Assembly: GCF_003918875.1 (NCBI RefSeq)
Contig: NW_025766447.1
Coordinates: 3,348,001 to 3,412,000, forward strand
Reading direction: 5' to 3'
DNA: 64,000 bases
Source of the DNA: Haliotis rubra
Taxonomy: Eukaryota
Shown: one piece after another, positions 12,481 through 23,800 of the stretch
How the letters are laid out: every line of letters starts with the position of its first letter
Position numbering within the stretch: position 1 is the first letter of the stretch
The notes under the pieces: generated by a model
Databases searched by the model: none
What the model saw: the letters and a program-made list of their open reading frames with translations, nothing else
Told to the model about the DNA's origin: nothing
Program-made: the position numbers and the translations under genes

Positions 12481-14971
12481 CTACAATGAAACAGTTGCAG
12501 ATAAACCTATGATATATTTTAAAAGCCTCAGAAAATAGATGACTAAAACTTGATCAATTCGAAAATGACAATGCATTTATGAAATGTTTCTTTCTAATGA
12601 CACGTGTCACAAAGGGTCCATTATTTATTATTCTCACAATGCGATCTCATAAACGTGATCGTCACTTTGCTTGAGGTTATAGACAGTATCTACATATTGA
12701 ATACCCAGAGGCGAAATTGCTCACCACTTGATTGTCTGTATTGCATAACAGCCAATGATATATGGGGTGGACGCACCACTAATCCGAATATACTACAGTC
12801 GAACTTCACAGCTACTCTTCCTGGTGATGTAACCGAATGTCAACCCTCACCGTTGTAATTGAATATGCGAGGATTTTCAGTAAAATGCATGAACTGACAG
12901 GTGCCCTTGTTTCAGATCTCTCTAAAAAGCGAAATATTTAGTTAATTTTGCACGAACTGTGCATCATGAAATAAGTAAATATCATTTTGATATGTATTCA
13001 GTACTAATAACAATTAAACTATCAAGAACTTCTATCTAACCCAGCCGTTACTAATCAAAGTCGAAAGTACATTGTGAACATGTTTTTAAACAGACATATT
13101 GCTTTAAGTCTTCCTTGAATATGTATGCAATATTAAATCATATTTGCACATGTGACTACGACATGTTTAACTTTAAATTATCCGCGAGCTCAAGAGACCA
13201 TATTGCTGAATAAAGTATTGTCTCATTCATAGCAATTACATATTTAATAAATTAGAAGTTACTATGGATAATCAACTTCTTTATTGCAACTGCAGTGACA
13301 TTTCGGTGTAGATAAAACACGATTTCAATCATTATTCTATATATGCTATATATTCATATGGCAAACCAACGGTGTTTAAGTCTACAGGTAAACGTCACAA
13401 CTGTTCAAATATTACAAATGCAGGGATGATGAACACCCTTACTATCTTGCCATTAGTTGCAAACATCCATATCAACTCAAAGCTCGTATTGTATACTCGT
13501 CTAGATATAAGGAACATGTTGCTGTTGTTGATGCTTGACTGTAATTCGTTCTTGAAATGACTTGGAGAAAAGTCAGTCATTAACATCTGATGACTGTCCA
13601 GCTCAGTATTAGCAGGGATAATCTACAGCATATTTTATTCTCCCTGGTGTTAGAGAGCTTGTCGTTCACCAACTACATGTATAACCGCATCGGCGGATCC
13701 AAGGGGAAGAGTGAAACTTCCTGGATACTCCTGGAGAGGTCGGCAGGTAGTCTGTCTCACAGTCCCTGAACCACAGTATTTTCCCTATTGCCAAGCCCTC
13801 TCTGCAAGGCTAAAGTAGTAAATGAAGCAAGTCTAGATTTCTTCAGGTTCTGAATCTCTGGTCTCCATGGGCTCCTTTTCAATTTATATGGGTTTGTTTG
13901 TTACTGTCAAAATTATATATATTCAGAGACTAAGCGTTAGTCTACCTGGTCTTGGCCATTGGCCACATGTCTTGTATTTTGGTCAACTTCAGCTTTGAGG
14001 GAAACCTAACAACTGACTTGAGATGCAAACTAACTGATGTAACAGTATAATAACATCCTTCTCCATCAATGACCAGAAGGTTGAAACTGTGAAACCGTAC
14101 TTGGAACTATTATTGACATCTCAAGATAAAGTTGCTGTGATCCAAAGTCAATGCTAGAATGCTTGCTTATTTACGTGTGCGTGTGCGCGCATTCATATAC
14201 ATGCTATTATGAAATAGTTCCTTCACTTTAGTGAATTTGGTGTATCTAACTTGTAAAAATTCCACTAAATTAAAAACCCTACGTTTCCTAGTTCCTAATA
14301 ATGGCCTCAACGGAAAGGTACATGTGAGTGTGTGAGTGAGGTGGTTTAACACCGCCTTGAAAGGTAGCCCAGGTAGGTGATTGCGTGCCAGCTTGAGGTG
14401 TAAGGAAAACTCGATCATGCTTCTAAAGACGTTTACAACTTTGGTTGAACCCACATGCTGACACTGAAGGAAACATAAAAGGGACCAACTAAGATTCGAA
14501 CTCACAGTCATGAGTTTCTGGTATGCCCAAGGGACACAACTCTTGACAGCGAGGACAGAACTATGTCCAGCAAGGTAGCTATACTACTACTATCAAGGTA
14601 TCTTAGCTAGTATGGACATAGTATGGCTCATTGGAAAGCCCATTGCACCTACTTTTACATAAGCTCTGGTGTGGTTACCAGACATGCTCCAGTGTTTTTA
14701 AAAACAACATGTCATGTGACCCCACCCAGGCCAAAAATATATAATTACGACCTTTAATTTAGATTTTAAGTTTCCATCATATGATATATGGCTTTAAGGC
14801 ATCTTTTGAATTGTTTATAATTAATTAAATGACTGAAAGGCAATAAATGCAGATAAACACCTGAAAATAATATTTTTGGGTAAACTCAGCTTTTTTAAAA
14901 ATTTACAAATCAATTTTCATGTAACACACATCAGCCCATCAGCAGGTGCTAAATTCCAGACTCTTTATTGA

Positions 14972-15047
14972 CCAATCACAACGCGAAGAGGCAGTCAGTG
15001 CGTACCTATGAATTCTCAGCGGAAGTTGACAGTAGTTGCTACGAAAG
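14972..15047 (+). promoter_or_regulatory. Putative CCDC13 promoter and non-coding first exon
   Basis: CCAAT 14972, CGGAAGT ~15020, RFX X-box-like GTTGCTACGAAA 15035-15046, donor AG|GTAAAT at 15047/15048. Confidence 0.5.
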
Positions 15048-15384
15048 GTAAATAACTTGATGTGACACTTCTGTTATAATTAATTTAAGCTTCCATTTTT
15101 GTTAAAACGTACTTTCATGAATGATGATATTGTACCGGTTATAATTCTAATGTTATCTGAATGACTTGATTTGAATTGAAACGATCGGATCGATCAAATT
15201 ATTCATCCATCACTACTGACAAGAGAGTAGAGTCAACCATGAGAGTGAGGAGTTGAAATGATTTGAAGAAGACATTTCTAGAAATGTATATCTATGCGTG
15301 TCTGCTTTTCATAACCCTAAATTATATGTATGTCAGAATATTTGATTAGTCTGGTGACTCATAAGAATGTGCGATAGCTGGAAG

Positions 15385-15415
15385 CAGAGACCATATAATA
15401 GATATATGGTCTCTG
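15385..15415. mobile_element. 31-bp TIR-TIR remnant with 7-bp TSD
   Basis: ctggaag|CAGAGACCATATA atAGA TATATGGTCTCTG|ctgaaag; perfect 13-bp inverted repeat; TSD has one mismatch. Confidence 0.7.
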
Positions 15416-16458
15416 CTGAAAGTGATTGACTCTAATAATGGCATTTCTGCTAGTTCTGCTCTTGTCTTTATCAATAACTAATAATGGTTATTGATCTTGA
15501 TCATATTCACACAGTCTCCTGTGGTCATCGTTAGGCCTGTGGTATTCAATGATGCTCTAGGTCTCCTGTGCTGGTCGTATAAATGCAAGTTAATAGATTT
15601 GGTGCTTAGATCGAACGGTTTGTTTGATTGTGTGCCATGTAATTCTCAAACGTCAAGGCATATGTTTCTCAAATTGTCAATCTGTCATCAAACTACATGT
15701 ATCTGGTCAAGACTTTGATGCTTACAGTTTTCCTTCATACAGGAGGATTATTACGGTATACAATGCTCATCAGTTTATTAGTTACGTATAACTTCTGTTT
15801 GTGTCCTAATAGTGGGGCTCAAAACCCTTATGAATGATACTGGTAAATGTTCATGCTGACTGTTAAAAGTTCATGAAATGAAAATAATGATTAGACATGA
15901 TGATAAAGTGATTAACTAGACCTACTCAGAGGCTGATGTTCATCATCAAGTCCATAGCGATATTTTCACTATTTCCATATTCATGTCACTGTGAAAGTGA
16001 TATAAATTTTACAGAAAAGAGAACCCATAAAGTTCAACTCCTAATGTTAAACTCTTGCATTGAGGGCAATGCTACTTTTCAAGTTAAAAATGCCTCTTAC
16101 AATAAGAAAATGTAAACATGAAAAGAAATCCTACATTTGTACAAAATGATTTATGTTTCACAATTTGCTTGCCTTGGGCACTTTAAGTTTGCAGATGTGT
16201 GTGCCTTTAGCAAGCAAATTGTGAATTTTAATTTATTCAAATAATTATTTATGTATATACTGGCAGGATTTCTATAATTCCCAATTATGTTAAATTAAAA
16301 AACCAACTTACTGTATCGCCTATTTATTGGTCCTCTTAACAGTGGTGAAGTACAAATCACAAATACCAAGATATCTCGTCATTTGGAAGATCTTTTGTTG
16401 TCACTGGGAAGTTTTTGACTTGGATTTAAATATCAGCATTTGAGAATGTCTCAAATAT

Positions 16459-17803
16459 AATGATGATGATGATGATGATAGGATATTTATATAGCGCACA
16501 TATCCACGCAACTAGTACATGCTCAAGGTGCTTGAGTGTTCCCTTGATCAACGGATGTCTTTTTTTCTGGCATTCTTTTAACCATCTCAACTCCCTGGGG
16601 AGTATTCAACTCATGCAGCCTGTTATGCGCAGCGAGTTATCACACAACCTCATCCTCACAAGGTATCCATTTGCAGCTGGGTGAGCTGGGACACGTAACC
16701 ACAGTATTTTGTCCAATGATACTGCTCGTTACTATACCCGCAACTAGGTGTCTGCACGTATTCGTGTGTCCACCATCTGGTCTCCTACCATCGGATGAGT
16801 GGGTTCTTTTAAGTGCACAGGGTTGTGTACTGCACACTAGGGGTTGTGACAACACTGAAAGAGCCTGCAAGTAATGTTAGCTCCAAGGTTTTTACGCCCG
16901 GTCACAAGTGGGGATCGATCCAGCCACCTGTCGCGTACTAGTGCGGGTGTCAGGCTGGGAAAATCACATTTAAAAAATGACTATTGCTGGGAAGGCCATG
17001 GCTGTAGCTGGTAAAGCCACATTTCCAACAGATTAATTAATTAATGGATTACTATAACCGGTGAAAGAGTGTCCCCATGTATAATATTGTCTTTACTCAA
17101 AAGGGTGGTGTTTAGAGATACCGGAGAAAGACTGTCCCTATTTATGGTTTAAACATATTTATTTTCAGAAGCCTGGGTTGGTAAAAAAGCACCGTTCTGC
17201 TTATATAAATACCGCAACATAACAATTCCAAAATAGTGATGGTTACAAGTAAACGAAAATAATAAAGAACTCATGTGTTCATAGATAAAGAAGCATGTGT
17301 TCATAAGTAAATGAAGCAAAGGTGCGATTAACAGTAAGATCACTACATCCTAGTCTCAGTCGACTGTGAGTTATTTGACAGTTTCTACTATCATAGTATA
17401 CCATAATAAACTACCATAATATTCACAAGAAACGAATAATTTTTCCTACTCACAAGCGTGGTGTTTAGCATTATCGGTAAAACACTGTCCCTACTTATAT
17501 TTTTTTTCATAAGACATCAGTAAACTCCAGTCCAGATTAATCTAACTGATTTCTTTCCTACTCAGCGTGTTGTGATCTGAATAAAATTATGAGGAAACAT
17601 GTCTTGTTTTGTTAATTACGGTATCCTGTTTGAATCACTAAACATGTTTGACAGCATAGCCAGGAGAGCCACATTCCATGTTCACGCAACCATAACTATT
17701 GCCGGGAGAGCCAAATCAATTTTGGCTATCTGATTTGGAAATGTGGCTCTCCTGGCCTGTAACCCTAGCTGCGGCTCCTTAGACAGCTTGCCCACCATGC
17801 CCC
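16459..17803 (-). mobile_element. tRNA-derived SINE (Deu/Nin-like core) interrupted by a DNA element
   Basis: (ATC)n tail at 16459-16478; core cacccagctgcaaatggatacc; B-box-like ggatcgatccc ~16910-16920; A-box part of the head resumes at 17760-17803. Confidence 0.6.
16951..17759. mobile_element. Non-autonomous DNA transposon nested in the SINE head
   Basis: Imperfect TIR caggctgggaaaatcacattt / aaatgtggctctcctggcctg with subterminal repeats; no clear TSD. Confidence 0.55.
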
Positions 17804-17843
17804 CAGTATCTGCACACAATAGTTTTTGGTTTCAGTATAAACA

Positions 17844-20800
17844 ATGATAGAGATGGAGGACGCCTCACTGAAGGAGCAGTTTGAGAGGCTCCAGGAACAG
17901 CAGAGACAGAAGTTGATGAGAAGGAAACAGAAGAAAGACGCAGAGAAGGAGAAACCAGAAACTGCCAGAAGTGCATTTGGTGTTACTGATGAACTGAATC
18001 TAAAAGTAAGTACTCTCTGCCCCATGTGTTCAGCTTTACTGAAAAGGCACTAGTCCTGTAGACATTTCCACGTGTACTGTGAGAGTATTCAACCAATTTA
18101 ATCAAACTCAGTAATTAGTGCTTACTGCTGCTACACAAAGCTCATAGTGAGTGCTGATAGTCGATCTGTTATTGGTCAATTGATATTCATACACCTAGTC
18201 ATTGGTCAGAAAGTCCAGCATGTGTTGAAGTGAAATGGTATTCCAAAACATTTACTGGCTATTGCACACGTTACTCTATGCTCTATTACACTATGTGTTT
18301 ACCTTTGGAATATCAGATATTTCAACGTGTTCAATAATGTGAATATCAGTTACTTAGACAGTGTAACAGTCAACAGTTACACACAAGTATGTGTTAGCAT
18401 AGGCTACTGACAAGCCTTGTGGACCACTAACTTTAGATATTCCTCTGCCATTTCATTTGACCCCTGAACTAAGCAAGCAAATAATGTCAGTGCCAGTGTT
18501 AAACATGCACTGATGATTCTGAAAACTTTGCCTATGTTATTAGCTTTCTAGCGATGTGAATGTTAATGGATTTCAAATACAAAAATGGTGTGTGTTTGTG
18601 TAAATATTACAAATGCTATTACGTAATACACACGTTTCTACAGCTTGCTGACCCCCCTGCAGCAAGTAGTTTTCTGTCTGAAGAGCTGGTGGATCACCTC
18701 AACGACCAATTAAGGGTAAGTATATATGTATTAATTAATGAGTTATGTGAGACATCAAGACATCATCTAATATTGTTAATATGATTATCATATCAGTATT
18801 TGTATAGGTAAATATTGGTATCTGCCCCACAAAGAAGATAGCTGCTATTATTTGTGGGTTTAAGTTCTTTATTGCTTGGTTATTTATTGTTAGATATAGA
18901 CTGTTTAAGTGCTTAGTGAAATGGAACAGATTCATGAGACAAGAACATTTTTTCATGACTATGTTTTGTTTTTCAGGAACTGAAGGATGAAAATGGACGT
19001 CTCTACAAACTGCTGAGTGAGAGAGATTTTGAAATCAGGAATCTAAAAAAAAAGAAAATAGAAGAAAACTCAGCAGTGGCAGGTTGGTGTTGAAACTGAT
19101 ATGTAAAATAATGTTTTAAGTCAGTTACTCTCTTAGTAATTAAAAATTCTCAGTATGTATATGTTATTGTTGACAGAGTATTGTTTGTTTACTGAGCCTC
19201 TTAATTTGACATTCTTGAGAAAAGAGAGTTAATAGTATTTGATGAAGACTGATTTTGCATCTACTCACCAGAACATGTGTTGAGGCCATATTTTTATTTG
19301 GTTCTCAACATGCGATTATCATCTGGTTGGTGTAATGTGGTCCTGTACATAGAAGCCCAGGTCACAAATCAGTCAAAGTTAAGTAACGTTGGTTGCAGCC
19401 AGTCCTTGGATAGGTGACTGTATTTGGCAGCTTGACTCCTGAGAGTTTCTAGGTCTTCAGTCCTGCACCACAATGAGGTATGCATGACACATGTGGTCTC
19501 ACCTAGGGCAAGTGGGTTTGTTCATGAATTGCATCTGTTCACCCAGCAGTGAATGGGTACCTTGTGGTATAAGTCATATGACTGTTAATCTTCTAGCGCC
19601 TCACGGGCAGCTTGGGTTATCCAGGGTAATAATGTGTTATTGCCTTGAGGATATATTTTATACATGGTCATTATTATTGTTATTATATTAACATATGATT
19701 ATCATCTGAATGTATGATACCAATAACCTGCCTGGAGAGAGACCTGCTCCTTGGTGTGATGATGTTAGTGAGAGTACCAGGCAGGCAACTGCAGCTTTGA
19801 TTATATCTGCGCTGATTTGTTGTCTGATTATATTTGACACTCCATTTGAAGGTGTGACAAATGAAACTGCTGCAATAAAGATTGTCGAACTATCTAAGAA
19901 AGTAAGAGAGTTGACAGCAGAGTTAGAGTGTGGTTTGACATGAATTGCACTCCACCTTTTGAAGGTGTGACAAATGAAACTGCTGCACATAACTAGAGCT
20001 AGAGAGTGAGAGGACAAAATGTAAACAGCTACAGAAGAAGTGTCAAGATGCCCAGAGACAGGTCAGCACCCTTCACTGTGTTTGTTTGATGTTGATGCAT
20101 GTTATTTTGTAACATATAGATGATTAGTTTGTGCACTTGGAATGTCACTTGTTAAGTAAAACATTTGTCTTTTTATCAATATTTGTATATTTGGGGGATG
20201 TATGTACTATGCTGTACTTAAAGTACTATGGACCTTCCAGGTAGAAATAGACCCCATGCAGGGGTGGAAATAACCCATTGCCCGACGCCCGAGTCCAGTG
20301 TTTTATTCTGTCGGGCAAGCAAATTTGTATATCACACTGTACCGGTGTCCAGTTGATATTCCAATGTTAATTATGTTGTTTATTTAAAAAATCAACAAGA
20401 AAACGGTCGGTATAGTGGAAAAATTATCAGGGCAAGTGATTTTACATGTGCCACAGTACCGGAGTACACTAGCAATTTTAAAGTTATTTCCACCCCTGCC
20501 ATGTAACCTGGGCTCGTCATACAGGCTCAACCACTGGTTTGCTTTACCCAGATTGGGGTTTTAGGTTTGGTTATACATACTACGAAAAGGAGTTAAACCA
20601 CTTCCAAATATTTTATTTGACTGTAGTTGTATGGATAAATCTGTTCTTTAACAGCTTTTGAGTTGTATGGCTGAATTATAGCTGGAGTATTGCTGACAGT
20701 GGAAAACCTAATGCAGTATTTCACATCAGTTCCTTTTCTAAAAAGATTGATTAAATATAAAATGTCTTAAAGGCTTTTTTTGAATTTAGTAATAATATAC

Positions 20801-23800
20801 ATGAATGTCCTATAAAAACTGATAAAATGGTGAAAATGTCCATTGTCCCAAGCAAACTCACTGTTAATGATAATTCTTTTTCCATTTTATTTTCCATTTA
20901 CTTTTTATTGTTGTGTTGTTGTGTATATCATAGCTCACAGTATTACTGCACTATCCAGGTGACACAGCTCAACAGCATGCAGACCGACAATCACTCCATG
21001 ATGGGCTCCATGATCAGCCTGCAGTCACAGTTTCTAGATGACAAGGCATGTCACGTACACACTAAACTCTGTATATATTCCCCATTGCTGTAGATGTCAT
21101 GCACACACTAAACTCTGTATATATTCCCCATTGCTGTAGACAATGCACACACTAAACTCTGTATATGTCCCCATTGCTGTAGATGTCACGCATACACACT
21201 AAACTCTGTATGTCCCCATTGCTGTATACTAAACTCTGTATATATTCCCATTGCTGTAGATGTCACATTACACACTAAACTCTGTGTATATTCCCATTGC
21301 TGTAGATGTCAATGCACACTAAACTCTGTATATACGCATTAACACTAAACTCTGTATATATCCCAATTGCTGTAGATGTCACGTGCACACACTAAACTCT
21401 TCAATGCACACTAAACTCTGTATATATTCCCCATTGTCATGCATTACACTAAACTCTGTATATAGTCCCCATTGCTGTAGATGTCAATGCATTACACTAA
21501 ACTCTGTATATATTCCCATTGCTGTAGATGTCATACACACTAAACTCTGTGTATATTCCCCATTGCTGTAGATGTCGCAGTCACACACTAAACTCTGTGT
21601 ATATTCCCCATTGCTGTAGATGTCATACACACTAAACTCTGTGTATATTCCCCCATTGCTGTAGATGTCACGCATTACACACTAAACTCTGTGTATATTC
21701 CCCATTGCTGTAGATGTCACGTACACACTAAACTCTGTATATATTCCCCATTGCTGTAGATGTCACGTACACACTAAACTCTGTATATATTCCCCATTGC
21801 TGTAGATGTCACTCTGTATATGCATTGCTGTATGTCACTAAACTCTGTATATATTCCCCATTGCTGTAGATGTCACGTACACACTAAACTCTGTATATAT
21901 TCCCCATTGCTGTAGATGTCACGTACACACTAAACTCTGTATATATTCCCCATTGCTGTAGATGTCACTGTAGATGTCACGTACACACTAAACTCTGTAT
22001 ATATTCCCCATTGCTGTAGATGTCACATACACACTAAACTCTGTATATATTCCCCATTGCTGTAGATGTCACGTACACACTAAACTCTGTATATATTCCC
22101 CATTGCTGTAGATGTCACGTACACACTAAACTCTGTGTATATTCCCCATTGCTGTAGATGTCATACACACTAAACTCTGTATATATTCCCCATTGCTGTA
22201 GATGTCACGTACACACTAAACTCTGTGTATATTCCCCATTGCTGTAGATGTCACGTACACACTAAACTCTGTATATATTCCCCATTGCTGTAGATGTCAC
22301 GTACACACTAAACTCTGTATATATTCCCCATTGCTGTAGATGTCACGTACACACTAAACTCTGTATATATTCCCCATTGCTGTAGATGTCACGTACACAC
22401 TAAACTCTGTATATATTCCCCATTGCTGTAGATAATGCCTGCAACTGGATCTTAAGGTTTTGAATAAAGCTTTTAAGATGTAGAAAAATCTATTATTACA
22501 TACCCAAATATTTAAAATGTGACTTTTACTGTCATTTGATACATGAGAGGTGCACCTACCACCATATGCAACGGCATCTTATAAGTAGTTGGCTGTATAC
22601 AGCATTTTGTTTCTATTTTCAGAATTAACTGTAAATAAATTGAATGTACTGAATGTTGTATGGTGTCTTAATGGTAAATGTCCTTAAGCATGTTCAGGAA
22701 GGTTTCACATGATTTCCCACGTAATCAGATTTCACTTCTGTGGGTTGGAATGCTTACATGATGGTACAGATTTAACACATTGATAATAATGACAGTCATG
22801 ACAGATCAGATGTATTATAAATATATGAATACTTGAGGAATACTTGGTGCATCCTCAGTTAATATATGGTAAATAGTCAGTGGTGTTGTTCCAGACTGAT
22901 GATGGAGTGGATGTGAAGGGGCTGCAAGATAAACTGAAACAAACTGAAAGTAAACTGGCGGACTACCGTAACCAGTGCCAGGCCCTCAAACAGGAGCTCA
23001 AAATACAACACAAGGTGGGAACTGTCTGTTTAACCTGTCTTACAAACAATTGATCATTTTCACTGACTTTAGAAGCAGGAGCAATTAGCTCCTGAAATGC
23101 CTGCCTTGCCTTAAATATTGTTCCTTGATAATCCAGTGTGTACTGCCTCATTGTTATTACTACAAAACCCTGGTCCCATTCAGTACCAAAGCTTCATCTT
23201 GAACAGATTCACATGATTTGATGCTATGGGACCGTTCATAATGAATGGCTAGGGGTGTGATGATGAATTTAAGTGGGGGGGGTCACCCATTTTGTTCTGG
23301 GGAGGTGGTGGGGGTCATCTATTTTGTACATAAAAATATAGAATAATTATGCATAAAAAAAGAATTATGGGAATTATGGGAATGGGGTGGGGGTGGGCAG
23401 CATTGATTTTGTACATGACATGCAGGGGGGTCTGTCACTTACTTTGTACATAAATTTTAAGAGGGGGTCATTCACATTGTACATGCTTCTCCATAAAAGT
23501 CATCATCACCATCCACCCCCTTCCCCTTGCCATATATTATGAACGATCCCTAGAGATAGTGGTCCAGAATCTGTATGAAGTTACAGTAAGGATGGGAATG
23601 TGGGTGCTGCTTCTGAAGTGATTGTTTATTGTAATAATATGGAGATATAATTGACAATGATGATTTACCTTGTGCTGTAGACCAGAAAACTAAGCTAATC
23701 AGTGTGATACACTGGTAGTGTTACTTACACTGGGGGAGACAGGAGGAATGAAAACTCAAATGCAGCGGTATCTATTCCAGGTGCTGCAGCAAGAGGTCGG

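Noticed and set aside
14560-14623. actatgtcca...tggacatagt inverted repeat as a third excision footprint
   Set aside because: No flanking direct repeat.
21048-22431. CRISPR-like array
   Set aside because: Head-to-tail units with no unique spacers, in a eukaryotic intron, and no cas genes.
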